Assembly: GCA_964393715.1 (NCBI GenBank)
Contig: CAYMVE010000003.1
Location: forward strand, 1 to 44,841
Direction of reading: 5' to 3'
Origin: an uncultured Bacteroidales bacterium
Lineage (GTDB): Bacteria > Bacteroidota > Bacteroidia > Bacteroidales > JALTDM01
DNA: 44,841 nt
Made by a program: the position numbers and the translations under genes
In this document: in pieces, positions 26,360 to 35,996 of the stretch
Numbering within the stretch: position 1 is the first letter of the stretch
How the letters are laid out: every line of letters begins with the position of its first letter
The notes under the pieces: model-generated
Told to the model about the DNA's origin: nothing
Databases searched by the model: none
The model's input: only the letters and a program-made list of their open reading frames with translations

Positions 26360-27526
26360 TCAATCAAGATGCATAGTTACCAGCATCATTTCGATACTTT
26401 CGTTTTCGTCATCCGTTTCAGCAGGTTCAAACCTTACCGGCATCGCATGTCCGTCTGCCAATTTCATGCTCACAATCACAGCATCCAAATTATTTAACAC
26501 TTCTACCAAAAGTTTTCCATTGAATCCCACTTTGTGGTTCTCAATGTTAGTTTCCACCCTAAGGTTTTCTTCTCCTTGAATAAACAACCCCATATCCTTT
26601 CCATTAATTACCAAGTTGTTGTTTTCTATATTCAATTCAATATAATTGGTAGATTGATCGGATACGATACTGATTCGTTTAAGAGCATCCAGAAAATCCA
26701 CACGATCCACATTCACATAAAACGGAGTCTCAAAAGCCATTACCTTTTCATAATCGGGGAATTTTCCATCTACCAATTGCGAAATAATTTCCACCCCCGA
26801 CCACTTAAACAATACATTCTTATTATTATAGATAATTTTCACTTCCTCATCCAGCACATTCAGCGACTTAATAAAAGCGGCGGAACGATACGGTAAAATA
26901 AAATTATCAGCAATGCCCGTGTTCAAATTGTATTTGTAAAGTGTCAATCGTTGCACATCGGTAGCAACCAACCTCAAATGATCTTCTCTTATGTCAAAAA
27001 GAACACCATTTATATTCGGTCTTGAATTATCGTTAAGAATAGCAAAAAATGTAGTTTGAATCCCTCTTTTTATTACGAATGAAGGAGCAGTAAAAGTAGA
27101 AACACCTTCATCCTCTTCGTTCAAAAATTGAACTGTGGGAAAATCATCCGCATCGTCGGCAAGCAAAGAATAACGGGCTTTTGTGGTAGTTAAATACACT
27201 TGTTTGGAATAAGGATAACCATTTTCTTCTTCAGCATTTGTTTCCTTTACTTCCAGAGTCACCGGTTCATCCGGCAATTGCTTTAACAAGCTTAAAAGCC
27301 TTTCTCCTTCTATGGCAATCCTGAAATCTTCTTCCACATCGTCCAAGACAGCTTTTGCTTTGGCCGTCACTTCAAGGTCTGTTGCCGTTATTATTGCATT
27401 ACCACCCTCTACTTCAAACAAAAAATATTTCAAAATAGGCATTGTAGGATTATTTGAAGAGGGCAATACTTTACTTACCAGTTGTAATGCTTTATTCAAC
27501 TCTTGTGATGATACTGTAATTTTCAT
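26360..27526 (-). CDS. dnaN: DNA polymerase III beta sliding clamp
   Basis: N-terminal MKITVSSQELNKALQLVSKVLP and a three-domain length (388 aa), with typical motifs (GKFPDYEKV, RFEP near the C-terminus). Confidence 0.9.
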   Translation of the reverse strand: MKITVSSQELNKALQLVSKVLPSSNNPTMPILKYFLFEVEGGNAIITATDLEVTAKAKAVLDDVEEDFRIAIEGERLLSLLKQLPDEPVTLEVKETNAEEENGYPYSKQVYLTTTKARYSLLADDADDFPTVQFLNEEDEGVSTFTAPSFVIKRGIQTTFFAILNDNSRPNINGVLFDIREDHLRLVATDVQRLTLYKYNLNTGIADNFILPYRSAAFIKSLNVLDEEVKIIYNNKNVLFKWSGVEIISQLVDGKFPDYEKVMAFETPFYVNVDRVDFLDALKRISIVSDQSTNYIELNIENNNLVINGKDMGLFIQGEENLRVETNIENHKVGFNGKLLVEVLNNLDAVIVSMKLADGHAMPVRFEPAETDDENESIEMMLVTMHLD

Positions 27527-27555
27527 TTTTTATTTTTTTTTGTAAAAAAGTGTTA

Positions 27556-27563
27556 CAAAGTTA
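27556..27563 (-). promoter_or_regulatory. Candidate -7 promoter box (TAacTTTG on minus strand) for dnaN
   Basis: Plus-strand caaagtta lies 30 nt upstream of the dnaN ATG at 27526. Confidence 0.45.
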
Positions 27564-27609
27564 CAACTTTTTCGTATAAATGTAGTCTATTTAGGAAAAC
27601 AAACAGAAG

Positions 27610-28464
27610 ATGAAGCAAAGACTATCCTTTTTTTTATTGTTTTTTGCCACTTTCTTGTTTTTTTTATCGTGTCATCGAGATAATGAAGTTACTCCGGAGG
27701 ATATGTTGGATTTCACCTCTACTATGGATTACAACACGACAAACAAGAATGGTTCTAATTTGTTTGCGACAATTAACCATTATGTATTGGCAACCGAAAC
27801 TGAAAAAAAACTTCAAGATTCCGTTACTATCACCATAACCCCTCAAGATCCGGACTCTTTTCCCAAGACCATAACCATTGATTTTGGCACCGGAACACTT
27901 TGTTATGACGGATACCTGAGAAAAGGGAAAATCATATTGACCGTAAGCGGCAGATGGGCTTTAGAGTATGTACAACCGCAAACTTCCATTACTGCAAACT
28001 TTGAGGACTATTATGCGAAACCTCCTCATTTACAAGAATTTGTAAAAAGAGAAGGGCAGTTTTCAGTAACTTACGACGGCCGAGACTCTGCCAATCACCC
28101 TGTTTATATAAGAGATGCCATAAATGCAAAATTGATTTTCGAAGACTCCTCCACCATAGCATGGAATGCTTCCCATGTTTGCAAATGGCTTACCGGATAT
28201 GAAACACCGGGCAACAACTCAGACAACAGCTGGGAAATAGAAGGATCCAGTAATGGCACCAATCGCCACGGAAGACATTATTATACCAACATTACTTCGC
28301 CTTTGTTGTTTGAAAGAAGTTGTAACGGAGGACATATAACAAAAGGAGTGCTGGTCATTACTCCGGAAGGATTAGACCAAAGGATTATTAACTTTGGAAA
28401 CGGCGATTGCGATAATATCATCACAATAACGGTAAATGGAACCAATCATACAATAACTGGTTGA
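27610..28464 (+). CDS. Hypothetical lipoprotein
   Basis: Lipobox (LFFLSC). I recognise no catalytic motif. There are conserved-looking segments ITIDFGTG..C.DG..RKGKI and FGNGDCDN.ITITVNG. Confidence 0.6.
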   Translation: MKQRLSFFLLFFATFLFFLSCHRDNEVTPEDMLDFTSTMDYNTTNKNGSNLFATINHYVLATETEKKLQDSVTITITPQDPDSFPKTITIDFGTGTLCYDGYLRKGKIILTVSGRWALEYVQPQTSITANFEDYYAKPPHLQEFVKREGQFSVTYDGRDSANHPVYIRDAINAKLIFEDSSTIAWNASHVCKWLTGYETPGNNSDNSWEIEGSSNGTNRHGRHYYTNITSPLLFERSCNGGHITKGVLVITPEGLDQRIINFGNGDCDNIITITVNGTNHTITG

Positions 28465-29492
28465 AAAAACAGAAAGAAATGGAGAAACAAATTAAGAGGT
28501 CTAAAAGTTTGATATGGCAAGTGGTTTTTTTAGTTCTCGGCACTATGGTATTGCTTTTTTCATGTGATACCAACACACAATTAAAATGTTCGGATTTAAC
28601 AGTGAAGCATGGCGTCTATATTTCCGAGGATGGGAACCCCTTTACCGGCACCTGTACGGAAGAAACGGACGGATTCAAAAAAACGCTTCATATAAAAAAC
28701 GGAAAATTGGAAGGTGATTTTGTTTCGTGGAATGAAAAAGGAAATATCATAGTGAAAGAAACCTATCATAACGGGATGAAAAACGGGTTATCCATAATAT
28801 ATTATGACAACGGAAACAAATATTGTGAAACCCCATACAAAATGAATAAAAAAGATGGGGTCGAAAAAAAATGGTTTGATGACAAACAATTAAAAGAAAT
28901 AACCAATTATAAAAACGGTAAAAAACATGGAGTTCATAAAGAATTCTATGCCAACGGAAAACTAAAAATGCAATCACATTTTGTAGCGGATTTACCTCAT
29001 GGCAAATGGACAGTTTGGTATGAAAACGGAAAGAAAAAAGAAGAAGGAACCTATAAAAAAGGTAAAAAGACCGACAAGTGGACCGTTTGGTACGAAAACG
29101 GAAATAAAATGGAAGAAACAAACTATAAGAATGGCGTCAAACACGGAGAATGGACAATTTGGTACGAAAACGGCAACAAAAAACTGGAAGCCAATTACAA
29201 TAACGGAGAACTAAACGGCAAATGGACCGTTTGGTATGAAAACGGACAAAAAAAAGAAGAAACCACTTATGTAAACGGAAAAATAGACGGTAAATACAAT
29301 TCTTATTACGAAAACGGAATCATAAAAAGCATCTTCGTTTACCATAACGGATTATTGAACGGTAAAGCATATAAATATGACTCTACCGGAAAAGTACTAT
29401 CCGTAATGATATTTAAAAACAATGAACTGGTAAAACGAATCTTAAAAATGGATACTGCCCGACGTAAGCAAAAAGAAACCCCAATCTTTTAA
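28461..29492 (+). CDS. MORN-repeat-variant (YwqK-like) lipoprotein
   Basis: Lipobox (LLFSC). There are about 10 repeats of the G-x-W-x-x-W-Y-E-N-G-x-K type. The track start at 28461 is a TTG overlapping the upstream stop; an alternative ATG is at 28479. Confidence 0.75.
   Translation: MKKQKEMEKQIKRSKSLIWQVVFLVLGTMVLLFSCDTNTQLKCSDLTVKHGVYISEDGNPFTGTCTEETDGFKKTLHIKNGKLEGDFVSWNEKGNIIVKETYHNGMKNGLSIIYYDNGNKYCETPYKMNKKDGVEKKWFDDKQLKEITNYKNGKKHGVHKEFYANGKLKMQSHFVADLPHGKWTVWYENGKKKEEGTYKKGKKTDKWTVWYENGNKMEETNYKNGVKHGEWTIWYENGNKKLEANYNNGELNGKWTVWYENGQKKEETTYVNGKIDGKYNSYYENGIIKSIFVYHNGLLNGKAYKYDSTGKVLSVMIFKNNELVKRILKMDTARRKQKETPIF
29001..29288 (+). repeat. Four tandem 72-nt (24-codon) coding repeats inside the MORN gene
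   Basis: The GG.AA.TGGAC.(G/A)TTTGGTA(T/C)GAAAACGG units start at 29001, 29073, 29145 and 29217, an exact 72-nt period. Confidence 0.85.
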
Positions 29493-29501
29493 TTTTTTCT
29501 T

Positions 29502-30581
29502 ATGAGACAGTTTTTTTCTTTTTTATTAGTATTGTATGCGGCTCTGGGATATGCTCAAGAACCCTCCGGATATTATGATGCTGCACAAGGACTTACCGGA
29601 AGCAACCTAAAAACAGCCCTATTTAATATCATTAAGGACCATACGGTTCTGGGTTACGGAGACCTATGGACAGCATTTGAAAGCACGGATGCCAGAGATG
29701 ACGGTACCGTGTGGGATATTTATTCCAACTGTACCTTTCAGTTTGGCACCGACCAGTGCGGAACTTATTCGGCCGAATGCGATTGCTACAATAGAGAACA
29801 TTCGTTCCCCAAAAGTTGGTTCAACGATGCTTCGCCCATGTACACGGATTTGTTCCATATATATCCGACTGATGGCTATGTAAACGGAAGACGCAGCAAT
29901 TATGCGTATGGAGAAGTTGCCAATCCAACTTATACTTCTTCCAATGGAAGCAAGTTAGGGCCCAATACCTTTGGCTCTTATTCGGGTACTGTGTTTGAAC
30001 CGGTGGACGAATATAAAGGTGATTTGGCCCGTACTTATTTTTACATGGTTACTTGTTATGAAGACAGAGTGGCCGGATGGGAAACCAACAACTCGAATGG
30101 TGATGCCATGCTGGACGGAACAACTTACCCGTGTTTTGAAGATTGGGCTTTGCAATTATTGTTAAAATGGCATTACGAAGATCCGGTAAGTCAGAAAGAA
30201 ATAGACCGGAACAATGCGATTTATCAAATTCAAGGAAACCGCAATCCGTATATTGATCATCCGGAATATGTTTGCATGATTTGGGATACCTGTTCTGCCG
30301 TTACTCATTTTGAAACACAAGATTATCATTTTTCGGCAACCAACTTTTATAGTGCCAATGAAAACGGTATTGTTTATTACCTATTCTCACAAAACACTGT
30401 ACACAATCTGACGATAAAAGTTTACGATATAACGGGACGCTGCGTATATACAACACAAACCTCACCCGGTTCTTCAAAAGCCAGCGGTATCCTTCACATT
30501 GACGGTATCCACGGCTTTTTGTTGATTAAATATAATGCCGACGATAAAGCTTCAGACACCGAGAAAATAATAGTGCCATGA
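29502..30581 (+). CDS. Endonuclease I family extracellular nuclease with T9SS C-terminal domain
   Basis: Signal peptide. Endonuclease_1 motifs NREHSFPKSWF, GDLARTYFYM and GNRNPYIDHPE. The C-terminus resembles a sorting domain (LTIKVYDITGRCVY...GFLLIKYN). Confidence 0.85.
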   Translation: MRQFFSFLLVLYAALGYAQEPSGYYDAAQGLTGSNLKTALFNIIKDHTVLGYGDLWTAFESTDARDDGTVWDIYSNCTFQFGTDQCGTYSAECDCYNREHSFPKSWFNDASPMYTDLFHIYPTDGYVNGRRSNYAYGEVANPTYTSSNGSKLGPNTFGSYSGTVFEPVDEYKGDLARTYFYMVTCYEDRVAGWETNNSNGDAMLDGTTYPCFEDWALQLLLKWHYEDPVSQKEIDRNNAIYQIQGNRNPYIDHPEYVCMIWDTCSAVTHFETQDYHFSATNFYSANENGIVYYLFSQNTVHNLTIKVYDITGRCVYTTQTSPGSSKASGILHIDGIHGFLLIKYNADDKASDTEKIIVP

Positions 30582-31465
30582 TACGACGAATTCATATCGT
30601 TTTAATGTTAGCATTATCCACTCTATTAATTTCATCGTGCCACGAAGACGAACCTATCAATGAAGATACACCGGAAGAAAATAATACAGACAATTACGGA
30701 ACAACGCAAGTAAGTTTACATGACTATCCGTATGGAACAGACTCTTTGGAAAAAGCCGACCTCTATATTCCGGAAGGACAACGAGATACCATCAAAACAA
30801 TAATCTTCATACATGGAGGAGGATGGCAAGGTGGAGATAAACAAGACTTTAACGGCTGGTTTGATTATTTCAAAGAAAACGAAATTTATGCCTTGATAAA
30901 CATGAACTACAAACTATCGGACGAAGAAAACTTACCGATACCTATGCAAACCGACGACATTAACCTCGTCATAGAAAAATTTGCCAGTGAGTTTGGGATA
31001 AACCGATCCGGAATCTTTTTAATCGGAGCCAGTGCCGGAGCCCATTTAGCATTGCTTTACGCCTACAAATACGATTATTCCCACAGGGTAAAGGGCGTTG
31101 CTTCCATAGTTGGCCCAACGGATTTTACGGATAGCATATACCGAAACGATCCCATGTATTACAATATGTATCATTACGGAATAGAGTCTGTTTTCGGTTG
31201 CCATTATGAAGACAATCCTGAATATTTCTCAAGCATCAGCCCTTATTTTTTTGTAACTTCCACATCTCCGAAAACGGCTTTATATTACGGAAAACTGGAC
31301 TCACTGGTCCCATACACCCAAGGCACCAAACTATACACATTATTACAATCTTATAACATTGTTTCGGAATGTAAAGTATATGAAAACAGCGGACATGAAT
31401 TTAACGATACCGACGGGTGGGATTGTTTTGTCAATTTGTTGGAATTTATTCATAACAATTTCTAA
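30578..31465 (+). CDS. Alpha/beta hydrolase (esterase/lipase) lipoprotein
   Basis: Lipobox (LLISSC), oxyanion HGGGW motif and nucleophile elbow GASAGAH. It overlaps the nuclease gene by 4 nt. Confidence 0.82.
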   Translation: MIRRIHIVLMLALSTLLISSCHEDEPINEDTPEENNTDNYGTTQVSLHDYPYGTDSLEKADLYIPEGQRDTIKTIIFIHGGGWQGGDKQDFNGWFDYFKENEIYALINMNYKLSDEENLPIPMQTDDINLVIEKFASEFGINRSGIFLIGASAGAHLALLYAYKYDYSHRVKGVASIVGPTDFTDSIYRNDPMYYNMYHYGIESVFGCHYEDNPEYFSSISPYFFVTSTSPKTALYYGKLDSLVPYTQGTKLYTLLQSYNIVSECKVYENSGHEFNDTDGWDCFVNLLEFIHNNF

Positions 31466-31494
31466 AATAAGCAAGAAATACAAAAATGTATATC

Positions 31495-34400
31495 ATGAAA
31501 AATAAGGCCATTACAATTTTAGCTGCCATTTTATTTTTGGTAACTAACCGGTTTGACGGTCAAAAATTGATTAATACCGTCGGAAATAAAGAGATAATAA
31601 TAGAATTTAATGTACCTTCTCTTAATTTCTTAAAAGCAAAAGGAATAAATGCTGTCGTTCCCACAATCCCCAAAGGTTCTCCCATTCAAGAGAAAGGGGC
31701 GCCGGATTTGCAAAAAATGACAGCAACAATCATCATTCCCGATGCCGACAAAATGGAGGTAAAGGTAATCAATGCAGAATATAAAGACTACAATAATATC
31801 GAAATTGCACCCTCCAAAGGAATTATAATGAGGAATCAAGATCCTGATGCCATACCTTATGTTTATGGAGCTGCTTATTCTCGGGACGCCTTTTATCCCG
31901 GGAAACTAGCAGAATTGCAAAAGCCATTTATACAGCGAAATGTACGGGGACAAGCTGTTTGGGTATATCCGCTACAATACAATCCCGTTACCAAGACATT
32001 GCGAGTTTATACCAAATTGGTCGTAAGAGTTTATTCGACCGGACAGCGTGACACCAGAAATGTCTTAACCGCCTCAATGAAAGAAAAACTAACCACTCCC
32101 GGATTTGCTCAAATCATAAAGAAAACATTTATCAATGCTACTTCCGCCAAATACACTCCGGTAGAAGAAGGACACCCGGGAAGAATGCTCATTATCTATT
32201 ATGACAGTTTCTATAATCAGATTTTACCGTTTATCAATTGGAAACAACAAAAAGGAATTACCGTTGATGCCGTGCCCGTATCTTCTATCGGGAACGATGC
32301 AACATCCATAACAAACTATGTGGCAGACTATTACAACAACCATAATGATTTTACCTATTTACTTCTGGTAGGCGACGACCCGCAAGTCAAATCTTCTTAC
32401 TCCTCTAATGCTTACGGAGCCTCCGACAATATGTACGGATATTTAGCAGGTAATGACCACCGTATAGATATTTTTGTAGGAAGATTTTCCGCAGAAACCG
32501 AAGAGGAAGTAGCTACGGAAGTAGAAAAAACCATTTATTATGAAAGGGATATTCATTCCGATGCATTGTGGCTTAATTACGGCTTGGGAATAGCTTCCAA
32601 CGAAGGCTCAGGAGGACAGGGTGATGACGGAGAATCCGATGCCCAACACATGGACAATATCAAGACCGATTTGGAAAATTACGGTTATACCGTAAATAGT
32701 GTTTATCAAGATTATGGAACCGCTACCGACATTACCAATTATATAAATGCAGGATTGGGAATTATCAATTATGTAGGTCACGGCGATGTAACCATGTGGT
32801 ACAGTGTAGATCCAAACGGATATACCAATGATATGGTAAATGCACTTACCAATTCGTACCAATTACCATTTATTTGGACAGTAGCCTGTGTAGTCGGAGA
32901 CTTTACAACCAATACTTGTTTCGCCGAAGCATGGATAAGGGCAACAGACACCAGTGGTAACCCGACAGGTGCAGTGGCAAATATTGGCTCTACCATAAAT
33001 CAATCTTGGGCTGCCCCTATGGATGCACAAGATGAAATGGTGGACATTTTGGTAGAAACTTATCCCAACAACCTGAAACGAACCTTTGGCGGACTTATCG
33101 CAAACGGCTGGGGACACATGATAGATGAATACGGTAGCGACGGGGAAAATATGGCTGATACCTGGACATGTTTTGGCGACCCTTCTTTGATGGTGAGAAC
33201 AAAAGCGCCGGATACAATGTTAGTTACTCATGCAGACTCTATCATGCAAGGAAGCACTCAATTTGCAGTAAATTGCAATGTGGAAGGGGCTTTAATATCC
33301 ATTACACATCAAAACAACATATTGGGAACAGGCTATATCACCAACGGAAGCGTAAATATTGCATTTTCTTCTCCTATTGTTTTTGACGATTCTATGTTGG
33401 TTACCGCCACGGCTTACAACAAAGTAACTTATCAAAAATATGTATATGTAAAGATATCCTCAGATCCTCCCATTGCAGGATTTACAGCCAATCAAACTAC
33501 GATAACGGAAGGAGATTTTATTCAATTTACCGACACTTCGCTTAATTATCCGATTAGTTGGTCGTGGACATTTGAAGGAGCCACTACTTTGCACTCTACA
33601 CAACAAAATCCCAATGTACAATATTTAACCGCCGGCACATACGATGTGAAGTTGGTAGTGAGCAATCCGAACGGCACAGATTCCGTACTCAAAGTGGACT
33701 ACATAACCGTACAACCAAACACCAACCCACCCGTTGCCGATTTTGAAGCCGATCCAACCACCATAGTTGTCGGAAACACTGTAAACTTTACGGATTTATC
33801 CACCAATCTCCCGGACAGTTGGTATTGGGAATTTGAAGGTGGAAATCCCGCCACATCAACCGACCAGAATCCGTCCGTTGTTTATAATACGGCGGGAACC
33901 TACACTGTGAGCCTAATTGCATCTAACGCTTTCGGTTCGGATACAATGGTCAAAACTGCTTACATCACCGTAACACCACCGGACTATTGTTATGCTTCTG
34001 CAAGCACAGAATACGAATACATCAGCAATGTAACTATTGGTAGCGAGGTAAATAATAGTTCCTCTTGGACAGGATACGGAGACTATACCTCCCAAGTAGT
34101 GCATACACACAGAGGAGATCCTGTTAATGTAACGGTAACAATAGGCGATGTTTACAACACAGATGTGTTATATGCATGGGTAGATTGGAATTTAGACGGC
34201 GACTTTGATGACACAGGTGAAAATGTCTATGCAAACAACTCGTCTCAAAACAGTTATTCATTCACCATTAATGTTCCTTCTGATGCAGCAATTGGGAATC
34301 TAAGATTGAGAATAAGACTAAATGACGCAGGGCAAAATGCCAATACAGATCCTTGCGGCACTACCTCTTACGGAGAAGTAGAAGATTATACCATAGCAGT

Positions 34401-34668
34401 AGCCGATGGCATCACGGAATTAAATGAACCAAAAACGGAAACCATAAAAATTTATCCGAATCCTGTCAGATCTACTCTTTATGTAAATATTGAGTCATCC
34501 GATTACAATAGGATAATATTGTATGATATCTCCGGAAAAGAAGTTTTGTCCGAAAAAACACACAAAGGGATAAACAGAATAAATGTGTCACACCTGGAAA
34601 AAGGGGTTTATGTGTTGAAAGTATCCGGAGGACAATCGGCACCTATCAGAAAAATTATAAAAAATTAA
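31495..34668 (+). CDS. Peptidase C25 (gingipain-like) with two PKD domains, GEVED domain and T9SS C-terminal domain
   Basis: C25 His/Cys dyad context (INYVGHGD and WTVACVVGDF). There are two PKD-like domains (FTANQT...YDVKLVVSN and FEADPT...YTVSLIASN), a GEVED motif (YGEVEDYT), and a sorting tail (IKIYPNPVRSTLYV...GVYVLKV). The start could be 31486 or 31495. Confidence 0.88.
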   Translation: MKNKAITILAAILFLVTNRFDGQKLINTVGNKEIIIEFNVPSLNFLKAKGINAVVPTIPKGSPIQEKGAPDLQKMTATIIIPDADKMEVKVINAEYKDYNNIEIAPSKGIIMRNQDPDAIPYVYGAAYSRDAFYPGKLAELQKPFIQRNVRGQAVWVYPLQYNPVTKTLRVYTKLVVRVYSTGQRDTRNVLTASMKEKLTTPGFAQIIKKTFINATSAKYTPVEEGHPGRMLIIYYDSFYNQILPFINWKQQKGITVDAVPVSSIGNDATSITNYVADYYNNHNDFTYLLLVGDDPQVKSSYSSNAYGASDNMYGYLAGNDHRIDIFVGRFSAETEEEVATEVEKTIYYERDIHSDALWLNYGLGIASNEGSGGQGDDGESDAQHMDNIKTDLENYGYTVNSVYQDYGTATDITNYINAGLGIINYVGHGDVTMWYSVDPNGYTNDMVNALTNSYQLPFIWTVACVVGDFTTNTCFAEAWIRATDTSGNPTGAVANIGSTINQSWAAPMDAQDEMVDILVETYPNNLKRTFGGLIANGWGHMIDEYGSDGENMADTWTCFGDPSLMVRTKAPDTMLVTHADSIMQGSTQFAVNCNVEGALISITHQNNILGTGYITNGSVNIAFSSPIVFDDSMLVTATAYNKVTYQKYVYVKISSDPPIAGFTANQTTITEGDFIQFTDTSLNYPISWSWTFEGATTLHSTQQNPNVQYLTAGTYDVKLVVSNPNGTDSVLKVDYITVQPNTNPPVADFEADPTTIVVGNTVNFTDLSTNLPDSWYWEFEGGNPATSTDQNPSVVYNTAGTYTVSLIASNAFGSDTMVKTAYITVTPPDYCYASASTEYEYISNVTIGSEVNNSSSWTGYGDYTSQVVHTHRGDPVNVTVTIGDVYNTDVLYAWVDWNLDGDFDDTGENVYANNSSQNSYSFTINVPSDAAIGNLRLRIRLNDAGQNANTDPCGTTSYGEVEDYTIAVADGITELNEPKTETIKIYPNPVRSTLYVNIESSDYNRIILYDISGKEVLSEKTHKGINRINVSHLEKGVYVLKVSGGQSAPIRKIIKN

Positions 34669-34750
34669 AAGACCGAGGGGACGAAAAGTCTCCCTTTTCT
34701 TTTGGCATTTATAGAAAAATGCGGATATTTGTCAAGGAAAATCATTTTTT

Positions 34751-35389
34751 ATGCGGCTATTCTTTTATATCATAGTAGGGATGTTGCCTATCCTTACTCT
34801 TTCTGGACAGGATGTCTTAGTATTGATGAACGGAGACTCTTTGAAAGTAACCGATTTTACCCGGAGCAAGAACGGTAAACTCATCGTGTCTGTTACCGGT
34901 AAAAAAGGGCACATCAAAAAATTGGAATTTTATCCGGTAGAAGTTTTTTCTGTAATAAAAGAAAACGGTAAAGAAGAAATTTTGTACAATAATACCGAAG
35001 AAAATGTTTTGGGAATGGAGCTAAATCAGGATAATGTCAGGATGTATATACAAGGAGAGGCTTATGCCAAGAAAAATTATAGGTTTATTATCGGAAAGGT
35101 TGTCAATTTTGTGGCAGGGGTGGTAGCACCTTTTGTTTCCACCTATATTGCCGGTAGTATCATTTTTGCCCCTTTATTACCTCTCGCTATCAGTACCATC
35201 ATCGGATATACAGGACCTTCGGCCAAAGCTTTTGACAAGCGTTTTTCGGAAAAAACATTTAATAAATACTTCAAAGAAGGATACTTGGTGGCCAGTAGAG
35301 TCATCAGAATAAATAAGGGAATAAAACACGGATTCTTCGGATTTATAACCGGTTTATCCGGATATATAATCGCAGTAAAATTTTTATAA
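34751..35389 (+). CDS. Hypothetical membrane protein (paralogue 1 of tandem pair)
   Basis: Signal peptide, a soluble beta-rich domain of about 80 aa, then hydrophobic spans. It shares its layout and several motifs with the next gene. Confidence 0.55.
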   Translation: MRLFFYIIVGMLPILTLSGQDVLVLMNGDSLKVTDFTRSKNGKLIVSVTGKKGHIKKLEFYPVEVFSVIKENGKEEILYNNTEENVLGMELNQDNVRMYIQGEAYAKKNYRFIIGKVVNFVAGVVAPFVSTYIAGSIIFAPLLPLAISTIIGYTGPSAKAFDKRFSEKTFNKYFKEGYLVASRVIRINKGIKHGFFGFITGLSGYIIAVKFL

Positions 35390-35390
35390 T

Positions 35391-35993
35391 ATGAAACATT
35401 TAATAATCTGGGGACTTTTAGCAACGATAACATTCTATGTATCAGGACAAAAAAAGGCTGACACATTGTATTTAAATGATGGGCGAACCTTTGCAATAAC
35501 ATCTTATGAACTGCAAGAAGACAGCATTTTCGTAGTGCAAATCACTACCCCCAACAAAACAAAAACCCAACAATTTGACTATGACGAAGTTTTTGCCATA
35601 AAAAAAGGCAATGGCAAAGAAATCGTTTTCTACAAAAAAATAACGAATGAAGATTTATCCGAACAGGAAATGAAAACTTTTATTGCAGGAGAACGTTCAG
35701 CCCTTTCCGGATACAGACCACGCTTAACAACAATTGTCAACTATTTTCTAAGCTCCGGAATTACTTTCTTTGCAGGAACCCACGGAGTATTGTTTTATGC
35801 CCCGTTAGTCGTAATGATTCCCATGGTTATAATGGCTTATATAAACCCTCCACAACCTTCATATGGCAATGATATTTATAAAGCAGGATATGTCATTTCC
35901 GCCAAACACAAAAAAATAAAATGCCTCATAAAATCTTCGTTAGCCGGCATCGTTACGGGAGGGGCCGCCTCTTTTTTATGGTTTAAGCTGTAA
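35391..35993 (+). CDS. Hypothetical membrane protein (paralogue 2 of tandem pair)
   Basis: Its start lies 1 nt after the previous stop. It has the same architecture (…EVF(S/A)(V/I)(I/K)K.NGKE(E/I)..Y… then TM spans). Confidence 0.55.
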   Translation: MKHLIIWGLLATITFYVSGQKKADTLYLNDGRTFAITSYELQEDSIFVVQITTPNKTKTQQFDYDEVFAIKKGNGKEIVFYKKITNEDLSEQEMKTFIAGERSALSGYRPRLTTIVNYFLSSGITFFAGTHGVLFYAPLVVMIPMVIMAYINPPQPSYGNDIYKAGYVISAKHKKIKCLIKSSLAGIVTGGAASFLWFKL

Positions 35994-35996
35994 ATA

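Noticed and set aside
26360-27609. dnaN as a marker of the replication origin
   Set aside because: There is no dnaA or recF neighbour, and I could not see a cluster of TTATCCACA-type DnaA boxes in the flanking intergenic DNA. dnaN is often unlinked from oriC in Bacteroidota.
28999-29290. Regularly spaced repeats that might suggest a CRISPR-like array
   Set aside because: The period is 72 nt and lies entirely within one open reading frame that encodes MORN-variant repeats. The supposed spacers are themselves conserved coding sequence.
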